Origin: an uncultured Bacteroidales bacterium
GTDB taxonomy: Bacteria > Bacteroidota > Bacteroidia > Bacteroidales > FEN-979
Reading direction: 5' to 3'
Length of the DNA: 64,000 nt
Assembly: GCA_903875045.1 (NCBI GenBank)
Contig: CAIQUS010000187.1
Coordinates: forward strand, 36,678 to 100,677
Part shown: positions 29,207 through 37,624 of the stretch, in pieces
Layout of the letters: each line of letters starts with the position of its first letter
Numbering within the stretch: the first letter of the stretch is position 1
Program-made: the position numbers and the translations under genes
The notes under the pieces: model-generated
Told to the model about the DNA's origin: nothing
What the model saw: the letters and a program-made list of their open reading frames with translations, nothing else
Database searches by the model: none

Positions 29207-29971
29207 TCACAGGATATACTCAATCTCTTTATGGTAAAAGAGAAGCGTTTTCCCTTCGCGGTTTTCTACTTTTAGCCGGCCTGCCAAATCCACTCCCCTG
29301 ATTTTTCCTTCCAATAACTCCCCCCCGGATGAAAAAGTTCGCCATTGTCCGAACCCAAGGAGATTTTGATCAAATTCTAAATCATAAACATCTGTGTCCG
29401 TTTGTTTCAGCACAGAATAGCGATGATCGAGAAACCTGCATAATGACAAGAGTGCATCCTTCAGCATTGTTTCGTGCCTGAGAATGTGAATGAACGAAAC
29501 CGGGTTTGGAATGTCGGGCGCAAAGCGGGTTTGGTTGATATTCACTCCGATACCTGCCAGGGAGGTCTCAAGAATGGCACCCATGATGCTATTTTCGATC
29601 AGGATTCCACCGATTTTCTGATTGCCGGCATATAAATCGTTCGGCCATTTTATAGAAATTTCCGGATTTGTTTGCCCGGATTCTGGAATATACAGATAGT
29701 GACGCAAAAAATCAACAGCACCGAGTGCAATGGCTTTGTTGAGTTGGAACTGACGGTCGGGTGGCAGGAACCGGGGGTGAAGACAAATCGTGCATGTAAG
29801 GTTTTTCCCTGACTCACTGATCCAGCTATGATCATGCTGACCGCGGCCTGCATATTGATTGTGTGCCCAAACTACCGTGCCGTCTTCAAATTCTGCAGAC
29901 CTGAAAACCTGACTGGCATAGGCATTGGTTGAATCAATATTGTCAAGTTCAATAACTCTTTCACCAATCAT
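29207..29971 (-). CDS. birA: Biotin--[acetyl-CoA-carboxylase] ligase (no HTH domain)
   Basis: 'QYAGRGQHDHSWISESGKNL' matches the GRGRxGRxWxSxxG motif and 'IKWPNDLY' matches KWPND. Confidence 0.88.
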   Translation of the reverse strand: MIGERVIELDNIDSTNAYASQVFRSAEFEDGTVVWAHNQYAGRGQHDHSWISESGKNLTCTICLHPRFLPPDRQFQLNKAIALGAVDFLRHYLYIPESGQTNPEISIKWPNDLYAGNQKIGGILIENSIMGAILETSLAGIGVNINQTRFAPDIPNPVSFIHILRHETMLKDALLSLCRFLDHRYSVLKQTDTDVYDLEFDQNLLGFGQWRTFSSGGELLEGKIRGVDLAGRLKVENREGKTLLFYHKEIEYIL

Positions 29972-30021
29972 TGTTTAGGGTTTGACGGATTATTCAACTG
30001 GGGCATCCACGTATCCGACAG

Positions 30022-31068
30022 TTATACCGGTTTTGAATAAAATTTCACTTTGATCCATAAGGCTACATTCACCAGTGCTATCAATACCGGAACCTCCACC
30101 AATGGCCCGATAACAGCGGCAAAAGCCTCTCCTGAATTAATGCCGAAAACAGCAATTGCAACGGCAATCGCCAGTTCAAAATTGTTACTTGCTGCCGTAA
30201 ACGAGAGGGTTGCCGACTGCTCATAAGTAGCTCCCACCCTTTTGCTCATCCAGAATGAAAGAAGGAACATGATGACAAAATAGATGCTCAGCGGGATGGC
30301 AATCCTGACAACATCCAGTGGGATTTTAACGATATATTCACCTTTCAATGAGAACATCACCAGGATGGTAAACAGCAGTGCAATAAGCGTCAACGGACTG
30401 ATTTTGGGTATAAACTTCGTATGGTACCACTCCTTGTTTTTGATCCGGACCATGATGAAGCGGGTTAGAAATCCTGCCAGAAAAGGAATTCCAAGGTAAA
30501 TAAAAACACTCTCAGCAATCTGTTTGATTGTAATGGCTGCAACGGCGCTGTTTGTCGGAAGCCCAAACCAGGCCGGGAAAACCGCAATGAACAAATAAGC
30601 ATACACGGAGAAAAGAAGGACCTGGAAGATGGAGTTGAAGGCAACCAGTCCGGCACAATATTCATTATCTCCCTTTGCCAACTCGTTCCAAACGATCACC
30701 ATGGCGATGCACCGGGCCAAACCGATCAGGATTAATCCGTACATGTAATCGATGTTGAACTGCAGGAATATGATTGCAAGAAGGAACATGACAACCGGGC
30801 CGATCAGCCAATTCTGTACCAGCGATAAGCCCAGGATCTTGGTGTTTTTGAAAACATCTCCAAGCTCTTCATATTTGACTTTAGCCAATGGCGGATACAT
30901 CATTACAATAAGTCCGATGGCAATGGGAATATTCGTTGTTCCTGATGACATTGCGTTCCAGAAACCGGCAATACCGGGAAAAAGCCAACCCCAGCAAACT
31001 CCGATAGCCATGGCTAAAAAGATCCATAATGTAAGATAGCGGTCTAAAAATTTTAGTCTTGTCTTCAT
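30022..31068 (-). CDS. acr3: ACR3 family arsenite efflux transporter
   Basis: 348 aa, about 10 TM helices. '[18 protein letters not shown]...', '[19 protein letters not shown]' and 'LARCIAMV' are ACR3 hallmarks. Confidence 0.9.
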   Translation of the reverse strand: MKTRLKFLDRYLTLWIFLAMAIGVCWGWLFPGIAGFWNAMSSGTTNIPIAIGLIVMMYPPLAKVKYEELGDVFKNTKILGLSLVQNWLIGPVVMFLLAIIFLQFNIDYMYGLILIGLARCIAMVIVWNELAKGDNEYCAGLVAFNSIFQVLLFSVYAYLFIAVFPAWFGLPTNSAVAAITIKQIAESVFIYLGIPFLAGFLTRFIMVRIKNKEWYHTKFIPKISPLTLIALLFTILVMFSLKGEYIVKIPLDVVRIAIPLSIYFVIMFLLSFWMSKRVGATYEQSATLSFTAASNNFELAIAVAIAVFGINSGEAFAAVIGPLVEVPVLIALVNVALWIKVKFYSKPV

Positions 31069-31106
31069 AGATGTATTTATTTAAAAATCATTTATTGATA
31101 AGTCAA

Positions 31107-31808
31107 TCAGATGCTTAAAAGTAAATAGAATCCAAAGCCGATCAATGCAATTCCTCCTATATATTTTACAACTGTCACAATCGTGGAAAGTGTCTTTGAT
31201 ATCTTACCCACTCCAAGGCTGACACCTACAATCATTGCTGCAAGCGGAAGGCCAAACCCTAAAGCAAAGGTGGTTAACATCATGAATCCCCATACTGCGC
31301 TGCCTTTGACAAAAGATGCAGCCAGGATAACCGGAAAAAACGGGTTACAACATGAATTGCAGGCAGCTGACAATCCTCCGACTGCAAGACCGAAAAGGAT
31401 GTCAGTAAAGATATTTTGCTGCGACACTTTTGTTTTAATTTCAAACCCCGGCAATTTAAAAGGAACCAATTCCAAGGAGTACAATCCAAAAATAATGGCG
31501 ACCAACCCCGCGGCAATTTTCCAATAACTGCCCAATGAATCGCTGATCCACTTTCCGGCAAAACCGAACAGTGCACCTATCACGGACATCGAAATAATTG
31601 TGCCAATGAGGAATGCAAATCCTTTCCAGAATAACATTTTGGATTTACCGGTAACCGGACTTGCCCCTGAATATCCCGCGACAACGCCAATAATTGCAAA
31701 ATTACATGCACAGGTAAATACACTGAGTATCCCCATCACAAGAACAGCAATCAATATCATGATTGATGCATGCTCATTGCTTAAAACCTGGTTGATCCAT
31801 GTGTCCAT
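31107..31808 (-). CDS. CcdA/DsbD-transmembrane-domain-like protein
   Basis: 233 aa, about 6 TM helices. It has membrane-embedded cysteines: 'FTCACNF' in TM1 and 'AACNSCCNPFFP' in a central TM helix. Confidence 0.65.
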   Translation of the reverse strand: MDTWINQVLSNEHASIMILIAVLVMGILSVFTCACNFAIIGVVAGYSGASPVTGKSKMLFWKGFAFLIGTIISMSVIGALFGFAGKWISDSLGSYWKIAAGLVAIIFGLYSLELVPFKLPGFEIKTKVSQQNIFTDILFGLAVGGLSAACNSCCNPFFPVILAASFVKGSAVWGFMMLTTFALGFGLPLAAMIVGVSLGVGKISKTLSTIVTVVKYIGGIALIGFGFYLLLSI

Positions 31809-31815
31809 CCTTCAA

Positions 31816-32106
31816 TTATTTAGGGCAACATGAAGAACCTTTGGTTGTATCACAGGTCGCATTCTTCGTAGTATCGTAACCTGTGGTAAATTGCGGCGGA
31901 CAACAACTTTCTTCAACGGCAGCTGGCACGGGTTTATTGACAAGCTTAAATACAATCACCCCGATGGCAGCCAGCAGAACGATTGCAAAAACTATTTTCG
32001 GAGTAATGTTGTTCTTTTTAGGCGGACAGCAGTTCCCCTCGCAATTGCAATCGATTTGCTTGTCACTATTTTCAGCCTGATTTTTTGTTTTGACCATATC
32101 TTCCAT
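31816..32106 (-). CDS. Small single-pass membrane protein with vicinal-cysteine clusters on both sides
   Basis: 96 aa. The order is 'CNCEGNCCPP', a TM helix (IVFAIVLLAAIGVIVF), then 'SCCPPQ...C...SSCCPK'. I do not recognise a family. Confidence 0.55.
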   Translation of the reverse strand: MEDMVKTKNQAENSDKQIDCNCEGNCCPPKKNNITPKIVFAIVLLAAIGVIVFKLVNKPVPAAVEESCCPPQFTTGYDTTKNATCDTTKGSSCCPK

Positions 32107-32119
32107 TGCAATAGTTATA

Positions 32120-32167
32120 ATTTCGCTATTTCACTATTTCACTATTTCGCTATTTCGCTATTTTTCT
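32120..32167. repeat. Tandem octamer array ATTTCGCT/ATTTCACT, 6 units, overlapping the arsC-arsM stop
   Basis: atttcgct atttcact atttcact atttcgct atttcgct atttttct. The TAG stop at 32158-32160 lies inside the array. Confidence 0.92.
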
Positions 32168-33387
32168 CCCGAAACAGTGATACTGAAAATCCCTGTTCCT
32201 CCATTTTTAAACTCGGCCAACTCCTTGTCAGAAAGATAATTATTCAGGATTTCATCCGGAATGGTAATCGCTTTTTGCTTGTGAACCTTCACATGTGAGA
32301 ATCCAAACTTGGCAACAATTCCAAGATATGTTTCCATTTGAATAGCACCAGAAACACAACCTGCATACATTTCAGCATCCTGTTTGAGTTTTACCGGAAG
32401 AATTCCTTTGATAACAACATCCGAAACGCAGAAATGGCCTCCCATTTTAAGAACACGGAATATTTCTGAAAAAGCTTTATCCTTATCCGGAACGAGATTC
32501 AGAACACAATTCGACACCACCACATCCACTGTGTTATCAGCCAAAGGCATACTTTCGATATCGCCTTTTACAAAATCAACATTTGAATATCCGAGTTTCT
32601 TATTATTGGTGATGGCTTTTTCTATCATCTCGTCTGTAAAGTCCAGTCCGGTTACTTTCCCGGAATCACCAACGAGTGCCCGGGCAACAAAGCAATCGTT
32701 ACCTGCGCCGCTTCCAAGGTCCAGGACATAGTCCCCTTTTTTAATTCCGGCGAAATCTGTGGGAATTCCACAGCCCAGACCCAGGTCCGCATCAGGATTA
32801 TATCCCTGGCTTTTTGAATAATCTTCACTGAAAATCGTGTAATCCACGTCGCCACAGCAAGATGTCGTCCCACAACAGGAGGATTGATTTTGCTCTTTAG
32901 CCTGATTGGCAATGGCACCGTACTTTTCTTTAACAATCTCTTTTAACTGATTTGCCTTCTGATCCATTTCGGCTTTGATCCTGTCAGCATACAGTGCATG
33001 GAATCCTGCTTTGATTTCATCACGAACCCTGCGATAAACGGGTATCACTTCTTCAACCACCCCGATCGCATCAGCCGGATCATCAAAACCTATATGCAGC
33101 CGGTTTATAACTTCTCCTACAAAAGCAGGACAGGTTTCAAGAGCTCCTCCACAAACTGTAATGACATAATCGAAAGGATCCACCAGGAATACATCAACAC
33201 TTTTTGGTTTATTCCCGGAGATGTCAATCCCGACTTCTTTCATTACTGCCACAGCATAGGGATTTGCCTGTGATGCAGGGTGAGTCCCGGCTGAATATAC
33301 TTCAAGGCGTGAATCGAAAGATTTTAAAAAACCTTCGGCCATCTGGCTCCGGCATGAGTTGCCGGTACAAAGAATTAGAATTTTCAT
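32158..33387 (-). CDS. arsC-arsM: Fusion of LMW-PTP-type arsenate reductase (ArsC) and As(III) S-adenosylmethionine methyltransferase (ArsM)
   Basis: From the ATG at 33387, 'MKILILCTGNSCRSQMAEGF' carries the CX5R P-loop of Trx-coupled ArsC. A linker follows, then the ArsM part: 'SSCCGTTSCCG', 'GLGCGIP', the SAM motif 'VLDLGSGAGND', and 'YAGCVSGA'. The 27-aa N-terminal extension in the track (HYHIITLSHHHINTLSNHHI) is a translated octamer array. Confidence 0.88.
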   Translation of the reverse strand: MKILILCTGNSCRSQMAEGFLKSFDSRLEVYSAGTHPASQANPYAVAVMKEVGIDISGNKPKSVDVFLVDPFDYVITVCGGALETCPAFVGEVINRLHIGFDDPADAIGVVEEVIPVYRRVRDEIKAGFHALYADRIKAEMDQKANQLKEIVKEKYGAIANQAKEQNQSSCCGTTSCCGDVDYTIFSEDYSKSQGYNPDADLGLGCGIPTDFAGIKKGDYVLDLGSGAGNDCFVARALVGDSGKVTGLDFTDEMIEKAITNNKKLGYSNVDFVKGDIESMPLADNTVDVVVSNCVLNLVPDKDKAFSEIFRVLKMGGHFCVSDVVIKGILPVKLKQDAEMYAGCVSGAIQMETYLGIVAKFGFSHVKVHKQKAITIPDEILNNYLSDKELAEFKNGGTGIFSITVSGEK

Positions 33388-33459
33388 GATGTGATGATTT
33401 GATAATGTGTTGATGTGATGATGTGATAATGTGATGATGTGATAATGTTTTGATATACT
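33388..33459. repeat. Tandem octamer array GATGTGAT/AATGTGAT, 9 units
   Basis: gatgtgat gatttgat aatgtgtt gatgtgat gatgtgat aatgtgat gatgtgat aatgtttt gatatact abuts the arsC-arsM start codon. It is the reverse complement of the array at 40972-41051. Confidence 0.92.
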
Positions 33460-33461
33460 GG

Positions 33462-33492
33462 TTTTCAATTTTCAATTCTCAATTTTCAATTG
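33462..33492. repeat. Tandem heptamer array TTTTCAA, about 4 units
   Basis: ttttcaa ttttcaa ttctcaa ttttcaa ttg abuts the arsR stop (33494-33496). Confidence 0.88.
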
Positions 33493-33493
33493 A

Positions 33494-33829
33494 TTACCTG
33501 CATTCATACTCCGACCCCATATTGATTTCGTTGAAGAAGCAGTTAGCCATCGTTACCAGTTCATCTACTTTTTGGGGATTCAGGCAGTAGTTTACCTTTA
33601 CGCCATCTACTGTACCCTGTATCAAACCTGCTTTTTTCAATTCAGTAAGATGCTGGTTAATGGTGGTCCGGCTCAAGGGCAATTCATCGGAGATATCTCC
33701 GGTTATACACACCTTTGTCTCCGCCAGGTATCGCAGTATTGCCAGCCTGGCGGGATGTGCCAGTGCCTTAAAAAGGACGGCGGATGAATTTAACTTTGAA
33801 TCGAAGAGACTTGTTTTGGAGGAAGCCAT
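33494..33829 (-). CDS. arsR: ArsR/SmtB family metalloregulator
   Basis: 111 aa. '[17 protein letters not shown]' and the winged-HTH segment '[21 protein letters not shown]' are typical. 'KVCITGDIS' carries a Cys near the alpha3 site. Confidence 0.9.
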   Translation of the reverse strand: MASSKTSLFDSKLNSSAVLFKALAHPARLAILRYLAETKVCITGDISDELPLSRTTINQHLTELKKAGLIQGTVDGVKVNYCLNPQKVDELVTMANCFFNEINMGSEYECR

Positions 33830-33830
33830 T

Positions 33831-33886
33831 TTGATTTACGATTTGCGATTTACGATTTACGATTTACGATTTACGATTTACGATTT
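33831..33886. repeat. Tandem heptamer array ACGATTT, 8 units (reverse complement of the 21102-21163 unit), overlapping the ABC-ATPase stop
   Basis: ttgattt acgattt gcgattt (acgattt)x5. The last codons (..NRKS) and the TAA (33864-33866) of the upstream gene lie inside the array, and the array ends 1 nt from the arsR ATG. Confidence 0.95.
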
Positions 33887-34541
33887 TCCCTTCATTCAGG
33901 TGCAGCTTCATCGTTCCATATTCTGCTGCAACCGGGCTGTGTGTAACCATCATGATGGTGATTTTATTCTCCTGGTTAATTTTTCTCAGGAAGTCCAATA
34001 TCTCCAGGGAGAGTGTTGGGTCTAAATTACCTGTTGGTTCGTCTGCCATGATGATCGATGGCCGATGAACAATGGAACGGGCAATTGCTACCCTCTGTTG
34101 CTGTCCTGCAGATAATTCCCTTGGCAAATGTTCCATCCTGTCTGATAAACCAACATAGTCAAGAATTTCTCCGGCACGTTTGATTTGCTCTCTGCGAGCT
34201 ATTTTTTCGAGCGCCAGCGGAATCATCACATTCTGTATCGTTGTCAGGTACGGGATAAGGGCAAAACTCTGAAGGATATATCCGACCGATTTTTTCCGGA
34301 TATCAGTAAGGTGCTTGTCACTGATATTGTCGATCCTTTTTCCATCAAAAAAGACCGTTCCGGAAGTGAGCCTGATCAGGCCGAACAACGAGAGCAGGAG
34401 CGTGCTTTTCCCGGATCCGGAAGGACCGGTAACCGTTACAAAATCCCCCTTTCCAACCGTGAAGGAAACGTGATCAAGTGCATTGATCAACCCACCATGA
34501 TGATGGTATTGCTTCAAAATATTTTCTCCTTTTAATATCAT
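33864..34541 (-). CDS. ABC transporter ATP-binding protein (MacB/LolD/FtsE-like)
   Basis: Walker A is 'GPSGSGKST', the signature is 'LSAGQQQRVAIAR', and Walker B is 'IIMADEPTGNLD'. Confidence 0.9.
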   Translation of the reverse strand: MILKGENILKQYHHHGGLINALDHVSFTVGKGDFVTVTGPSGSGKSTLLLSLFGLIRLTSGTVFFDGKRIDNISDKHLTDIRKKSVGYILQSFALIPYLTTIQNVMIPLALEKIARREQIKRAGEILDYVGLSDRMEHLPRELSAGQQQRVAIARSIVHRPSIIMADEPTGNLDPTLSLEILDFLRKINQENKITIMMVTHSPVAAEYGTMKLHLNEGKIVNRKS

Positions 34542-34544
34542 GGG

Positions 34545-35765
34545 TTAATCCTCCTGCAGGTTTGAGTGTGGATCAAATTTAGCTGCGAGATAAGTAGGGA
34601 AAAGTGAACCTGCCAGAGAAATTGCGACAGATAAAAGGACAGACCAAAAAAGGTACAGATATACTGGTTTTACAATAATACCGGCAAGATAGGGTCCTAA
34701 AATAACCCCGGCCAGTGTACCCAGAATAAAACCAAGGATACCTCCTGCAACTCCAAGAATCAGTGCCTTTAACAGGAACATCTTGTAAATCGTTGACCGT
34801 TCGGCTCCCATCATTCTGAGGATGCCAATTTCCCTTTTCCGTTCATTGACGTTTGCCCAGATGTAATTACCGATTGAAATGCCTCCGACAAAAAAGATGA
34901 TGATCAGCATGACAAGCGTAATTTTTTTCATCAGCTGGTTGGTTTCTATCTGGGTTGAAACGATCTGACCGATAGTTGTTACCCTGGTGTCGGGAAGAAT
35001 GTTCCTTAATTGTCCTAATAATCCCTCGGAGATAGCATTGCAGCATCCCATGATTTCAATGGCGGAAACCTGGTTTTCAAGTTTTAGAAGTGTTTGAACA
35101 TCTTTCAGGTTCGCAAAGATCCGGTCGTCATCCACTGTTCCGGTCTCTGAAAGAATTTTAACAACCTTGAATTCCTTGCCCACAATATTGATCTTACTAT
35201 TTGCGGAGAGTTTTAACCGCTGTGCAACCTGCGAACCTACCAGACAATCTTCGCTATAAAGCGTGTCGATTGCTTTTCGTTGCAGTTTTTTATCCTCCAT
35301 CCCGTGCGATTGATTTGCAGTCTGGGTGGGTGCACAGGCCGTTTTCAACTCGGCACCCATTAATCCGGATGATTGCCACAAGGGTTTGGATGCAATTTCG
35401 CTCTTGGGGAGAATGCCGGTCAATACCACTGATTGATCCCCCACTTTAACCCTTCGGGTTAATTTTGGCGACATGTTATCAACACCTGCAATGGTGGAGG
35501 TAAGAATACGTTCAACGTAATCCATGGGTAAGGTTGGGGCATCGATATCTGAAGTGTAATAGTCATCAATGCTGGCAGCCTGAGGCAGAACAAGTATATT
35601 GGCCCCAAGATTATCAAGGTTCCTGGCAACATTTTGTTCTGAGACAATGGAAACGCTTTGAATGGCAACGATCACGGCAATACCAAGTGTGATGGCCAAT
35701 AACCCGGTAATTAACTGAGATTTTCGTTTCCATAATTCGATCAGGACAAGTTTCGAAATTGTCAT
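34545..35765 (-). CDS. ABC transporter permease, FtsX/MacB type with large periplasmic domain
   Basis: 406 aa. TM1 is followed by an extracytoplasmic domain of about 230 aa and then three C-terminal TM helices with the FtsX-like 'REIGILRMMGA' motif. Confidence 0.85.
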   Translation of the reverse strand: MTISKLVLIELWKRKSQLITGLLAITLGIAVIVAIQSVSIVSEQNVARNLDNLGANILVLPQAASIDDYYTSDIDAPTLPMDYVERILTSTIAGVDNMSPKLTRRVKVGDQSVVLTGILPKSEIASKPLWQSSGLMGAELKTACAPTQTANQSHGMEDKKLQRKAIDTLYSEDCLVGSQVAQRLKLSANSKINIVGKEFKVVKILSETGTVDDDRIFANLKDVQTLLKLENQVSAIEIMGCCNAISEGLLGQLRNILPDTRVTTIGQIVSTQIETNQLMKKITLVMLIIIFFVGGISIGNYIWANVNERKREIGILRMMGAERSTIYKMFLLKALILGVAGGILGFILGTLAGVILGPYLAGIIVKPVYLYLFWSVLLSVAISLAGSLFPTYLAAKFDPHSNLQED

Positions 35766-35795
35766 AGCAAGGGTAGTTTAGGGAAAAGAGATTAT

Positions 35796-36539
35796 TTATT
35801 TACAGCCGCCTGCCGGTGCGCCACCGGGACAACACCCTCCTGCCGGTGCCTTTTTTGCAGAGGCAACAAGCGTGTTGACATCCGTGATTCCGTTATGAGT
35901 CCCGATCACCTGACCCGATTTATTGATCACATAAGTTACAGGCTCTTTTGCATTTAAATCGCACTTCAGCGTTTGCAACAATTTAGCCTCTTTCTTATCA
36001 TCCAGGTCTATTTTTATCGTCACGCTTTTGTTGTCCATTTTGCCGCATGCCATAGCACAGTTATCCATGGCCTTGTCGTGACTGGTCATCGTTTCTTTGT
36101 AAGCCACCACATAAACTGATTTGCCTTCATTGATTGCTTTAAGAAGCTCCGAAGTTTTTGGTGTAGGTACCATTTCAATTAGTTTCGCAGCCGTTGCTTC
36201 TTTTAATGGAAGACCACCGGCGACCGTACTGTTTTTATCCAAAACAAGGATCAATGGCATGGGAGCACCTGCTAAACGATACTTTGCCACAAGCTCATTG
36301 TTGGCTGCATCCGTTGTGTTCATTTTAATGATGACCGATGATGATTTAAGGGCACTCTTTGCTTCATTGGCAATTGAAAAAGCCTTGTCAGTGTCAGCGC
36401 CATTTGTATTATATGCGACAAGAAATACCGGTTTGCAAGCCTTACCGGCTTTTTCAATTTCAGTTGTAACTTGTGCGTTAACGTTGCTCATTCCTGTCAC
36501 AAACAGCAACAGAATCATAATGCTTTGAATCTTTTTCAT
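35796..36539 (-). CDS. Exported protein: two tandem modules of about 95 aa plus a C-terminal Cys/Gly/Pro tail
   Basis: The signal peptide is MKKIQSIMILLLFVTGMSNVNAQ. The internal duplication is 'KPVFLVAYNTNGADTDKA...VIIKMN' versus 'KSVYVVAYKETMTSHDKA...VTIKID'. The tail is 'APAGGCCPGGAPAGGCK'. Confidence 0.6.
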   Translation of the reverse strand: MKKIQSIMILLLFVTGMSNVNAQVTTEIEKAGKACKPVFLVAYNTNGADTDKAFSIANEAKSALKSSSVIIKMNTTDAANNELVAKYRLAGAPMPLILVLDKNSTVAGGLPLKEATAAKLIEMVPTPKTSELLKAINEGKSVYVVAYKETMTSHDKAMDNCAMACGKMDNKSVTIKIDLDDKKEAKLLQTLKCDLNAKEPVTYVINKSGQVIGTHNGITDVNTLVASAKKAPAGGCCPGGAPAGGCK

Positions 36540-36561
36540 GGTTTTGAGATTTGGTATGGCG

Positions 36562-36590
36562 CAAATATACGTTATATTTTACAATAACGT
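36562..36590 (-). promoter_or_regulatory. Candidate internal promoter (-7 box TATATTTG) overlapping a 7-8-7 inverted repeat
   Basis: On the minus strand, ACGTTAT-tgtaaaat-ATAACGT is followed directly by TATATTTG, about 22 nt upstream of the ATG at 36539. Confidence 0.4.
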
Positions 36591-36629
36591 AATAATACGT
36601 CATATCTTTTTATAAACATTTTTATGATT

Positions 36630-37601
36630 TTATTCAGATATGGTATTTGCCTGTCTGCGGGCCTGAATGGAAATAAAATCGATTTTCTTTGTCAATCTTA
36701 ATGAGAGTGCATATCCAAACGACATTTGTATCCCGTTATAATATTTATATAATGGTACATCTCCAAAAACCGAAAGATACCAGTTGTATTTAAAGGCATA
36801 AGTAAGCTGGGGAGTGAAACAGGTCACATTATAACCCGAAGATTCTACAATCTCTTTGTTTTCCCGGATGGCTTTCGCCCGGTATTCATTTCGTATCTGG
36901 AGGTCAAGACTGAGGTTCTTAATGATTTTATAATTAAAGTACAGGGCCCCGATCCATTGCTCGCCATATTGGTAATAAAAATTTTCTGATTCAATCAGCT
37001 GGGCATACTCATAGGAAATAAATCCGGCAAGTGCCATTTTTTTTCCGACCCCCTTTGAGATAAATATGTTGCCAATGTATTTGAAACTTCCCGATGATGG
37101 CTGAACAGAGATTGGGAGTTTAACATGATCCACCTCCTGGTCAAATACTCCGATCGGAAATTTCATTCCGACAGAGGGCGATATGGTAAACCGCGCTTTG
37201 GCGTTGCTGTAAAGATTGAATTTCAGGTACAATGCTGCATCACCAAGACCATAACCCCGCATGGGATCCTGCCCATCGGTATGAAGGGTTTTGTTGAAAA
37301 AGTATCCCAGGTCACCCATTACGGTCAGCCATTTGGTAACCCCATAACCCAGTTGAAGTTCTGTATAGTTGACATTCGCTGTTTGTGTGAAGTTTAAATC
37401 ACGATAGGGCGAATCATTGTGATAGAATTGTTCGGAATGACTGTAACGGTATGTCAGCGCTGCAGTGAGTACCCTTGACTGCAAGGCAGGTTGCTCTGCA
37501 TCACTGATGAAAGGGTTTCCTGATGCACAGCATTGGGCCATGACCCGGGTACCCGTCAGATGAAAAATGAGAACCATTGATAAAGCTGCATTTCGAACCA
37601 T
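36630..37601 (-). CDS. Outer-membrane beta-barrel (porin/transporter-like) protein
   Basis: It has a signal peptide and alternating amphipathic beta-strands rich in Y, F and G. The family is not firmly identified. Confidence 0.5.
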   Translation of the reverse strand: MVRNAALSMVLIFHLTGTRVMAQCCASGNPFISDAEQPALQSRVLTAALTYRYSHSEQFYHNDSPYRDLNFTQTANVNYTELQLGYGVTKWLTVMGDLGYFFNKTLHTDGQDPMRGYGLGDAALYLKFNLYSNAKARFTISPSVGMKFPIGVFDQEVDHVKLPISVQPSSGSFKYIGNIFISKGVGKKMALAGFISYEYAQLIESENFYYQYGEQWIGALYFNYKIIKNLSLDLQIRNEYRAKAIRENKEIVESSGYNVTCFTPQLTYAFKYNWYLSVFGDVPLYKYYNGIQMSFGYALSLRLTKKIDFISIQARRQANTISE

Positions 37602-37624
37602 GGAAGATATTGTGCTGGTGAAAT

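Noticed and set aside
33388-33468. The track ORF 32158-33468 has an N-terminal extension reading MKTSISKHYHIITLSHHHINTLSNHHI.
   Set aside because: This is a translation of the GATGTGAT octamer array. The conserved ArsC N-terminus starts at the ATG at 33387 (MKILILCTGNSCRS).
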